The notes under the pieces are model-generated. The model was not told the origin of the DNA and ran no database searches. It was given only the letters and a program-made list of their open reading frames with translations. A stretch of 62,659 bases of DNA, filler included, from Candidatus Woesearchaeota archaeon (GTDB lineage: Archaea > Nanobdellota > Nanobdellia > Woesearchaeales > J072), in NCBI GenBank assembly GCA_003695265.1. It is 7 parts of 7 records of this genome, joined end to end, with 100 filler letters (N's around TTAATTAATTAA, not from the genome) between each part and the next. Parts side by side here need not be neighbours in the genome. Positions count along the whole stretch, not along the records: positions 12,899 to 36,633 come from RFII01000041.1; 6 more parts are not named here. One strand, given 5' to 3'. How positions within the stretch are numbered: position 1 is the stretch's first letter; the number at the start of each line of letters is the position of its first letter. The translations under genes were made by a program, and so were the position numbers. Positions 17,712 to 26,700 of the stretch are shown piece by piece.

Positions 17712-19563
17712 AATAATTTATCAGCACTTCAACATCCTTGCCAAAAATTTTTTTCAAATCCTCGAATATTGGCTCTTTTATAAACACTTTTGGAGGGATG
17801 TCAATTTTTGAGAGTGATTTCTCAAGTTCCTCGAGGTTCGATTTTGTTATTTTGCTTAGGCTTCCGTTCGGGTTTATCGTTGCTTTGGATATTTCTTTTT
17901 CCTCGTGGTCAATGTCATGTATGATGAATGCTGTTTTGTCAAGCAACAGCACCTCGCCGAACCTGTCTCCGTGCTTAACCCTTATCCTCGTTCTCTCAAG
18001 TTCGCGGCCGCGCTTGCGCTGCAGATGCTCTACCATGACCTTAATGAAGAACCTTGACTCTTTCTTGACTTTCTCTATCTCGTGCTTTGTGAGTTTTCCC
18101 GCATCGTAATCTTTCTTTGCCTTCACGATGTCCTTGAACATCCTGAGGTACTTGTCAGGGATTATTCCCTTGCTCACGACTTCTGCCTCAAAAATTTTAA
18201 TTAGTTCGTCGTCATGTGCTTTTTCCACGCCCTCAAGCTTTAGAACGTCGCGAACAACTGTCAAGCATGTTTCGTAAGTGTGCAGGACACCTTCTTTTTC
18301 TTTTATTTTCTCTATCTGCTTGAAAAGCTTGTTAATCCGCTTAAGGTAGTCTGTAGAATCAGCCAAAAGCTTGTCAACTTCTTTCCCTGTAATATCTTTT
18401 TTGTCGCCGTGCTCAAGGTCTTTCCTAACTTTGATGTTGCGCTCGAGTATCTGAACGTATTTTTCTTCAAGCAGCTTCTCTTTCTTGACAAATATTTCCC
18501 TCATTACTTCAGGAGTCTCTTTTGGAGTTGGAGGAGGAACGCCGTAAAGCATGAGCGCTGCCTGGCTTGGAGTTAGTATTGCCCAGAAAGTGTCTTCCAT
18601 TCCAATCTCGTTAAGCTTGAATTGGACTCGCTTAAGTATTTGCTCTCCGGAAGCCATGAACATGTCAATTGCCTCTGGGCTCGGCTTTATCTTGCCCATC
18701 TTGAGCAGCAATTTCCATGGCATGAATACTCCTCGGTCATAAAGGGGAATACCGTCACGCAAGAAAGTGAATATTATTGGGTTTGCCTCTTTGATGAAGT
18801 CCCAGAAGTCTGTAAGAATGTACACTTGTATGTTCAGCTTGTTTTTTATGCCTGTTATTTCCCCTGCTTCTATACCCATACCAATGATTATTGCCCTGAG
18901 CTTGTCCTTGAGCTCTGCCCGAGTCATTTTCTTGACGTCAGTGTCATCAATAACAACAAACACGTCTATATCAGATTTTGGGGTTGCCCTTCCCTGCACT
19001 AACGAGCCTGCCAAGACATAGCTTACAATGTAGCGCTCAAACTTCTTTATGACCATATTTTTGTGGACTTCTGCTATTTTAAGGGCTGCGAGCATTCCTA
19101 TGTCATGGATAGGAGCAGACATGGCTATTAAGTTAAGAAGCTCGTACTTAGCGTCAAAGCAGCTCTGCCAGAGCTCTGTAAGGAGGACAGCCTCAGGAAG
19201 CATGTTTTTGTCAATGCCAACAGCAATATTGTCTATTATTGAGTTCAACCTGTTCTTAAGCTCTGCCTTTGCCATCTTCTTGGAGTCGCGGTCGTCAACA
19301 AGAACTAGGATGTGAATCTTGTTTTTGTCTATTTTTTCGCCCTCTTTGGGCTTTGGAGGCGGCAGGAGAGTTATGCCCATAATGTAGGTGTCAAACTTTG
19401 CTAGGACTTGTTTTTTGAATTTGTCAAGCTTTGACTGCATTTCCTTAAGCTTCTTTTCCATTTCAGTTGGCATTGCGACAGGGCCTGCCAATGCCTCAAT
19501 TTCCTTCTTAGAATTCTGATTGTTATCTTTCTTTTTAGAAAAACTGTTTTGGTTTTTGGCCAT
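17710..19563 (-). CDS. Tandem nucleotidyltransferase (Pol-beta/MNT) fused to HEPN-like domains
   Basis: Intact GS...SDIDVFVVIDD motif; degenerate first copy KIHILVLVDD; helical region with RKDLEH (RX4H). Confidence 0.78.
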   Translation of the reverse strand: MAKNQNSFSKKKDNNQNSKKEIEALAGPVAMPTEMEKKLKEMQSKLDKFKKQVLAKFDTYIMGITLLPPPKPKEGEKIDKNKIHILVLVDDRDSKKMAKAELKNRLNSIIDNIAVGIDKNMLPEAVLLTELWQSCFDAKYELLNLIAMSAPIHDIGMLAALKIAEVHKNMVIKKFERYIVSYVLAGSLVQGRATPKSDIDVFVVIDDTDVKKMTRAELKDKLRAIIIGMGIEAGEITGIKNKLNIQVYILTDFWDFIKEANPIIFTFLRDGIPLYDRGVFMPWKLLLKMGKIKPSPEAIDMFMASGEQILKRVQFKLNEIGMEDTFWAILTPSQAALMLYGVPPPTPKETPEVMREIFVKKEKLLEEKYVQILERNIKVRKDLEHGDKKDITGKEVDKLLADSTDYLKRINKLFKQIEKIKEKEGVLHTYETCLTVVRDVLKLEGVEKAHDDELIKIFEAEVVSKGIIPDKYLRMFKDIVKAKKDYDAGKLTKHEIEKVKKESRFFIKVMVEHLQRKRGRELERTRIRVKHGDRFGEVLLLDKTAFIIHDIDHEEKEISKATINPNGSLSKITKSNLEELEKSLSKIDIPPKVFIKEPIFEDLKKIFGKDVEVLINY

Positions 19564-19609
19564 TGATTATCATCCTCAGTGATTGATAATTGACAGGAGC
19601 ATTAAATAG

Positions 19610-19626
19610 TATTTAAATGTTGTGCT
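19610..19626 (-). promoter_or_regulatory. BRE-TATA core AGCACAACATTTAAATA upstream of the NTase gene
   Basis: Identical 17-mer to 17695-17711. Confidence 0.6.
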
Positions 19627-19659
19627 GCGAAAACATTAAGATTTTCACAAGAAAAATAC

Positions 19660-19674
19660 CGAAAAGTTTATATA
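19660..19674 (+). promoter_or_regulatory. Archaeal BRE-TATA promoter (CGAAAAG-TTTATATA)
   Basis: Consensus BRE/TATA about 35 nt upstream of ORF 19711. Confidence 0.65.
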
Positions 19675-19710
19675 TTATTTGTCACTTTTAGGTGATTAAA
19701 TTAAAGTTGT

Positions 19711-20454
19711 GTGGTGAAAAAATTGGCAAACCCATTAGAAGATTTCATCTGGGAAGAAACTTCAACGTTTAACGGAGAAAGAGCAGTAAGGGAAATAAGG
19801 GAGCAGATTCCATTAGAGCAGGAATTGCTAAGATTCAGGATAGGAGAAGCGTATTTCAGCTTTATGCAGGATTCTGGAAAATCAAACCCAAGCGAAGTGG
19901 ATTTTGATTTCACAGGAGAGGATTCAAAGAGGTTTGTTGATAAGTACTTAATGCCAAGGTTAAGAAAGCATTTGTGGGACAATAGCTATATAGTCAATGA
20001 CCCTACAAAGACTCCTAAGGAAGTTGGCATCAGGCCAGAAGCTTATGACAGCATACTAAGAAATGTTATTGGCATGTCAGCTCCGCAGATGACAAACCTG
20101 TTCGGAGAGAGAAAAGTCACTCACGAGCTGATAGGCCAAGTCGGAAACCAGGCAGCAGAAAACCTTGCCAAGTACAAAACCCAGGAGATATTTGCGCCCC
20201 TCGAGTCAAGGGTTGAGCTAGAAAGGGCGAGAGACTTCTTGTATGAGGCTTTCAGAAAGGACGGCCTGACAATAACAAGGCCGGCAGAGCTTGACATTAA
20301 CAGGACAGCAGAATTCATTTCAAGATACGCGCGCGGCCTGCACAGAGAGTACGGGTTCCTGCAGGAAAACAGGGATATGATAACAACCTCGAAGATAGTA
20401 CCAGCCAGCGGCGCAGAAAGGACTGCTGTTGAAAGAACAAGAAACAGAAAATAA
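19711..20454 (+). CDS. Hypothetical protein (paralog of 20631-21305)
   Basis: 247 aa; MPRLR, GMSAP, VTHE, FAPL and ARDF blocks shared with the neighbour. Confidence 0.8.
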   Translation: MVKKLANPLEDFIWEETSTFNGERAVREIREQIPLEQELLRFRIGEAYFSFMQDSGKSNPSEVDFDFTGEDSKRFVDKYLMPRLRKHLWDNSYIVNDPTKTPKEVGIRPEAYDSILRNVIGMSAPQMTNLFGERKVTHELIGQVGNQAAENLAKYKTQEIFAPLESRVELERARDFLYEAFRKDGLTITRPAELDINRTAEFISRYARGLHREYGFLQENRDMITTSKIVPASGAERTAVERTRNRK

Positions 20455-20551
20455 TAATTTAATATTTTCCATTTAATATTTTTTTCTTAACATCATTTTT
20501 TGCAAACAGAATTTTTTACTATTCCAAAATCAAGACATGCATGAATATTTT

Positions 20552-20566
20552 CGAAACATTTATATA
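20552..20566 (+). promoter_or_regulatory. Archaeal BRE-TATA promoter (CGAAACA-TTTATATA)
   Basis: Consensus; mirrors the promoter of the paralog. Confidence 0.65.
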
Positions 20567-20630
20567 CACAATAATACAAAGATAATCACATAAAATTAAA
20601 AATTAAGTCAAAAAAGCAAGGTGAAGAATA

Positions 20631-21305
20631 ATGGCTAAGAAAGATCCTTACAAAGGTTTTAGGTGGTCTGGTTCTACGAAGTTTGATGGTGATGATCTCA
20701 CAAAGAAGCTGAGAGAAGAGCTTCCGGAGCACCAAAGGCAGCTCGGTTATAAGACAATGGAAGCATACTTCGAGTACATGATGAAGCACAAGACAGACGC
20801 AAACGGAAACGTTACGTCCTGGGAGATGAGCCGCGCTGATGCTGAGAAATTAGTTAATGAGCACATAATGCCCAGGCTTAGAAGAGGTGTTATGGAAAGA
20901 TACCTGTTAGCAAAAAGGGCAAAGTACGACCCGGGAATGTTCAATCAGCAGGCGTTTGACAGGCTTGTTGCTGAAGTTACTGGGGTGAGCGCGCCAGCAC
21001 TGATAGACCAAATAGCAGAAACAAAATTAACGCATGATAAGGTAGCAAATCTTGCTGGAAGAGTTTCAGAAAACGTTGGCAGCAGGTTCACAGAGGATTA
21101 CTTTGCGCCATTGCAGGACAAAGCACAATTAAAGAAAGCACGCGCTTACATCGCAAAGGGATTCGGAAAGATAGGCTACAAGCTCAAATCGCCTGACGAG
21201 ATCGACGCTAGGACAGCAGCAGGAATGCTTCAAAGAATAGCTACTGGAACGCACGCAGTTCCTGACTACCTTGATGACATGAAAAAGTACCTAAAAAAGA
21301 AATGA
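20631..21305 (+). CDS. Hypothetical protein (paralog of 19711-20454)
   Basis: 224 aa; AGGTGA SD; MPRLR, GVSAP, LTHD, FAPL, ARAY. Confidence 0.82.
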   Translation: MAKKDPYKGFRWSGSTKFDGDDLTKKLREELPEHQRQLGYKTMEAYFEYMMKHKTDANGNVTSWEMSRADAEKLVNEHIMPRLRRGVMERYLLAKRAKYDPGMFNQQAFDRLVAEVTGVSAPALIDQIAETKLTHDKVANLAGRVSENVGSRFTEDYFAPLQDKAQLKKARAYIAKGFGKIGYKLKSPDEIDARTAAGMLQRIATGTHAVPDYLDDMKKYLKKK

Positions 21306-21355
21306 TTCTTTTTTTTTAGAAACTTATTTATACCCTGCTTCATTCAAATCTTTCT

Positions 21356-23644
21356 ATGGTAAAGGGATTCGTGGTTCACCCAACCTACAAGGTTGAGAAC
21401 GGAGAAGCGTTTGTCTACCTTTTTGGAAGACTTGAAAACGGCGAATCATTCGCAACAAAAAACAAGTTCAGGCCTTATTTTTTTGTGAGGAGAAAAGACA
21501 AGGAGAAAGTCCTCAAGATTGAGAAAGTCACAATAGAGGACACTGACCTGAAGAATTTTAATGGTGATGCTGTCTCAAAAATAGTTTTAAGCACGCCAAA
21601 GGAAGTGCCTGCTTTAAGGGACAAGCTGAAAGAGGAAAACATCGAATTTTACGAAGCTGACGTGAGGTTCGCCTACCGCTTCCTCATGGACAATGACATT
21701 TTAGGAAGCCTGAACATCGAAGGAGAATACTCGAAAGGAGAAAGGTTTGACAGGTTTTATGAGGAGCCGAGAATAAGCTCTTCAGACACAAAGATAAAAT
21801 TAAGAGTTGTAAGCATTGACATTGAAACGGACAAAAACGCAGAGGAAATTTATTCAATAGCTCTTTACTCTGATGATTACAAGAGAGTTCTCATACAAAG
21901 AGAAAATAAGCTGAAGAACGCTGAAGGTTTTAAAGATGAGAAATCAATGCTTGTAGCGTTCAGAGACAAGATAATAGAGTTAGACCCTGATATTATTGTA
22001 GGCTGGAACCTTATCAACTTTGACATGGACAGGTTAAGCTCACGGTTCAAGCATTACAAAATAGACTTTTTGATAGGAAGAACAGAGTGGCCCTGCATTA
22101 TAAGGAAGTCGCATGACTTCTTCAGGGAAAGCACTGCCTCTGTTCCCGGGAGAGTGGTTCTTGACGGCGTTTCGCTGCTTAAAGCAAACTTTGTTTACTT
22201 AGAAGACTACAAGCTCGGAACAGCAGCAAAAGAGCTTTTAGGGAAGAAAAAACTCATATCTGAGAACAACAAGGGGCAGCAGATTGAGGATTACTTCAAG
22301 AAAGACCCCCAGAAACTGGTTGATTACAACCTCGAAGACGCAAAACTTGTTTTTGAAATATTAAACAAAAAGAACATTCTTGACTTAACAATAACAAGGT
22401 CAATGCTTACAGGAATGCCTCTTGACAGGGTCAAGGCTTCAATAGCATCGCTTGACAGTCTTTATTTGAGAGAAGCAAGAAAACGCGGATTAGTTTGCCC
22501 CACATCAAAACAAAACAACAGGGAAGAAAGAATAAAAGGAGGCTTCGTAATGGAGCCAAAGCCAGGAATCTATGATTTTGTAAACGTTTTTGACTTTAAG
22601 AGCCTGTACTCAAGCATAATAAGGACATTCAACATTGACCCTTGGACTCATAACAAGAAGGGAACTATAAAAGCGCCGAACGGAGCAAGGTTTTTGGCAG
22701 AGGACGGCATACTCCCAATACTCATCCAAAAGCTTTGGAAAGCAAGGGATGAAGCAAAAAAAAGAAAGGATGATATTGCGAGCTTTGCAATAAAAACCAC
22801 TATGAACTCCTTCTGGGGCGCATTAGCCAACCCTGTATGCAGGTTTTATTCGCTGGAAATGGCTAACGGCATCACTAGTTTCGCAAGACACATAATTCAA
22901 TTAACGGCAAGGCTTCTTGAAGAAAAAAACTACAACGTGATTTACGGAGACACTGACTCCGTTTTCGTAGCTACAAAAGCCAGCAACCTAGAAGAGGCTG
23001 AAAAAATTGGTAGGGAAATTCAGGAATACATCAATGATTATTATGAAAATTATGTCAAGGAAAAATACAACAGAAAAAATTATCTTGAATTAGAGTTTGA
23101 GAAGACGTTCGTAAGGTTCTTGATGCCAAAGCAAAGGCACCAGGATGTTGGGGCAAAAAAAAGGTACGCCGGCCTTCTAATAAAAGATGGTGAAGAAAGA
23201 ATTGATTTTACGGGACTGGAATTTGTGAGAAGGGACTGGACTGAATTAGCGAAAAAATTCCAAATGGAGCTCCTTGATCTGGTTTTTCACAAAAAAGAGA
23301 TAAAGGATTATATCAGAAATTTTGTTGACGACCTGAAAAAAGGAAAGCATGATGAGTTGTTGGTTTATAAAAAAGCAATCAGGAAACCGCTTGAAGCTTA
23401 CACAAAAACAACGCCGCCGCACGTGAAAGCAGCAAGAAAACTAAAAGAGCTGAAAAGCAATTTAATAGCTTATTACATGACTGTTAACGGTCCGGAGCAC
23501 GTTGAGGCGCGCACAAGCAAAATAGATTATGATCACTATATTGATAGGCAATTAAGGCCTATAGCTGATTCAATACTAACATTCTTCGGCCTAAAATTTG
23601 ATGATGTTATTTCTGGAAAGCAAAAGAAACTCTTTGATTATTAA
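21356..23644 (+). CDS. polB: Family B DNA polymerase (Pol II-like)
   Basis: Exonuclease motifs DIET, GWN...FD, YNLED; polymerase motifs DFKSLYSS, K...NS.WG, YGDTDS, KKRY; C-terminal PIP-box-like QKKLFDY. Confidence 0.96.
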   Translation: MVKGFVVHPTYKVENGEAFVYLFGRLENGESFATKNKFRPYFFVRRKDKEKVLKIEKVTIEDTDLKNFNGDAVSKIVLSTPKEVPALRDKLKEENIEFYEADVRFAYRFLMDNDILGSLNIEGEYSKGERFDRFYEEPRISSSDTKIKLRVVSIDIETDKNAEEIYSIALYSDDYKRVLIQRENKLKNAEGFKDEKSMLVAFRDKIIELDPDIIVGWNLINFDMDRLSSRFKHYKIDFLIGRTEWPCIIRKSHDFFRESTASVPGRVVLDGVSLLKANFVYLEDYKLGTAAKELLGKKKLISENNKGQQIEDYFKKDPQKLVDYNLEDAKLVFEILNKKNILDLTITRSMLTGMPLDRVKASIASLDSLYLREARKRGLVCPTSKQNNREERIKGGFVMEPKPGIYDFVNVFDFKSLYSSIIRTFNIDPWTHNKKGTIKAPNGARFLAEDGILPILIQKLWKARDEAKKRKDDIASFAIKTTMNSFWGALANPVCRFYSLEMANGITSFARHIIQLTARLLEEKNYNVIYGDTDSVFVATKASNLEEAEKIGREIQEYINDYYENYVKEKYNRKNYLELEFEKTFVRFLMPKQRHQDVGAKKRYAGLLIKDGEERIDFTGLEFVRRDWTELAKKFQMELLDLVFHKKEIKDYIRNFVDDLKKGKHDELLVYKKAIRKPLEAYTKTTPPHVKAARKLKELKSNLIAYYMTVNGPEHVEARTSKIDYDHYIDRQLRPIADSILTFFGLKFDDVISGKQKKLFDY

Positions 23645-23716
23645 AGAATTATTTTATTTTGAAATTATTGAGAAATGATTATTAAGAAAGATTATAACAA
23701 AAAAAGAAAAAAATTA

Positions 23717-26700
23717 TTATTTTTTAGTCTCTTCCAGTTTTTTCTTTAATGATGCTAACTTGCTGCTTTCCTCGACGTTGCTCTTGTCCACTTTCTCCTC
23801 TTTCAGCTTTTTTCCGCCGCCCTTCCTGTGGTAATGCATGTAAAGAAAAGAACCTACTAAGATAAGAACAAGGACAAGCACGACAATAATGCTAACAGTG
23901 CCAGTACTCATTCCTGCTTTTGCCTTGCAGTCATTCGGGCAGTTATCAACATTCTCGCTTCCTTCACACTTTCCATTATTATTGCAGACAGGAGGAGCAG
24001 GGCAGTCAGCAGGGCAATTCTCAGTGTTTTCATTACCGCTGCAGGTTCCGTCATTATTGCAAACAGGAGGAGGGCAGTCAGCAGGGCAATTCTCACTTGT
24101 TTCTCCAGAATCGCAGATTCCATTATTGTTGCAAACTGCCTGCTCAGGGCAATCACTCGGGCAGTTCTTAGTTGTCTCGCCAGAATCACAAACGCTGTTG
24201 TTGTTGCACACAGCAGAAAGGCAGTCAGCAGCGCAATTCTCACTGGTTTCGCCAGAATCGCAAACGCCATTATTATTGCAGGGGGAGGCAGGCTGAGCTG
24301 CGCCTATTGCAAAATAGCTGAAGCTGGGAGTGGATGCTTCGTACGTTGTGTATTGTGAGTCAGCGCTTAGCTTTGTTGTTGCCAATTTATTCCATGACGA
24401 GCCGACAAGGTGATAAAGCATGACGTCAGAGTCAGAGACGCCATTGCTGGTAATCCAAGAATTAAGTACTCTGAACTCAATCTTTATGTCAGAAGCGCTG
24501 TTAAGGTTTGTCGGACTTATTTCCAAGTAATTGTAAACAAGGGGCGCTGCGTCGCTTATGCTGGTAGGCTTTGAGTCAAGGGATCTCACCTCAAGCTTTG
24601 CAGAGCTACCAATATCAGCTGTCAGCACAAACTTAATCTTTGTGAATGAGATGTTGTCAGTGTTAACATTCAGAGTGTAATTGCCCGCGTCCATAGAAGA
24701 GTAAAAGAAAGTCTTTGACTTAGAAACTGTGCCTGTAGTATTCCCCCCTTTACTCATTAAAGGACTTCCTCCTCCGCCTTTCATAAGAGAAGGGCTGCCA
24801 CCACCACCCTTCATAAGAGAAGGGCTGCTGTCACCCTTCATCACCAGTGGACTGCTAGTTCCGCTGGACTGGCCGAAATACACAGAGAAGCCTAGGTCAG
24901 CAGGTACCTCGAAATTAGTGCAGCCCTGAGAGCTGTCGTATGTTGGACCTGAAATAACGTAATCAGTTACGTCCGTGCAGTCATTCACGCTTACTGCTGA
25001 CTCGTTCGGGCAATGATACAAGGTGTCAACGTTGCCAGGCACGCAAATCGTTATTGTCTCTGGGTTTAGCTCATCTTTTAAATCTTCCCAAGCATCATGG
25101 TCCATCCCAACATACTTGATTCCGCTGTCAGTCTCGTTCGCAATTAAGTCGCTTTCATTCAAGCTTGTCTTATTCGGGTCAACCACGCCCTTAATGTCCA
25201 TTTCCTCAAGAGTAATACCCCATTTTGCACTAGCATTAGGATCGCTGAACTTCACGCTGACGTTTTCTGTCTCATTGTACGATTTCTTGAAAGCCTTTCC
25301 TCCGCAGCCTTTTGTTTGGAAGCCTGAACCGAAGTTCCACTGCACCTGAGTGTTACTCCTGTAAGAGTCTCCTTCTGGCGGCACATAATTAACGTCGAAC
25401 ACTGGCTGGCACTTAATTCCGCAGTCAGCAATACTTGCCTCTGTGGTGAAGTTAAGGCAGGCTGTCACGCCGCATGGATTCCCTGCCTTGTCGCAAACCT
25501 TCAGCTTGTAATAATAAGTGGTGCCGTTAGTCAAGCTGTAGCCGAGAGTGCTATCATCTATTTTGCCCTTGTGCTTTATCCTAAACGCTGGTACGCTGCT
25601 GTCTGTTATTCCTTTATCATATATTGTTGCGTTTAAGCTGTTGCAAGTGCTGTCATTATAATAAAAGAGCAATGTGCCGTTTGCGGGCTCACTTGAGCTG
25701 TACGAAACAAATGCTGAGTCAGGGAACTCTGTCACTTCATAACTTGCAATGGTCGCCATTGTCGTGTCATTTGTAACAGTAAAGTCGAAGAGTTCTCCGC
25801 CGCAGTCCGGCAGGAAGAAGCAGTCAGGGTCATCGCAGTTAGTCATTCCGTCCTGGTCCTCATCGCCTGGAGCCCAGCAGTCCTCAAACACCATTCCGCC
25901 AAACTTCTTTATGAACTTGCAGTCAGGGTCCTTGTCTGGCGGCAGGTTATCGCCGTCTGTGTCCTCAACTCCGAAGCAGTCTTCTTTCATGAAGTCAACT
26001 GCTCCTGGTGTGAATATTCCTGAAACGCTGTCAATCGCTGCTTCGGTGCTTATGTTCTTTGTTAGAGCATAAAGCCTTATGTTATAATTTAGGTCAAACT
26101 TGCCTGTCTCGTCAAGGCTTTCCTTGTCAGCCATTACTACCGGGCCTCCTGCCTCGCCGCACATAACCTTTGCCATCGTGCTTGCTTCAATACTGGTTGT
26201 CTCCCAGTTGCCGTTCACGCACTCGTACTTTGAAACCTTTTCTTTATTGGCTTGCGTTGACTCAACAACAAACTTGAACTCAAAGCCAGTCTCAGCGTTG
26301 TTGCTTGAGTTACAGCCTCCTGTTGATATTCCATTGCTGTCAAGATAAAACTCTGCTTTTAGTGGAGTGCTGCCAGTCCCTTCCTCAACAGTTGGAGGCC
26401 AGGTGCTCATGTCCTGGACGAATTCGCCGTTGCACGTTGCTGTGTCAAGCATGCTCACAACATTAATGCCAAAACCAAATATGTCAAAGTCATCCTTAAC
26501 GCCCATCCCGCAGATGTCTGCGTGCTCAGCTAAGCCTGTTTCTGGGCAGTCATCCATGCCTACTGGCGTTGGAGGAGCGTCCATTTTGTCAAACATTTGG
26601 CCTGCGCCTTTTGGATCGCACCATCCTGTGAATTCCTCGCAACCGTTTATGGAGTTGCAGTCTTGGCCGAACACACTGGAATTGCGCCAGCAAACGTGCC

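Noticed and set aside
4675..23644. Inteins in RtcB or PolB
   Set aside because: Both proteins have normal length and contiguous motifs
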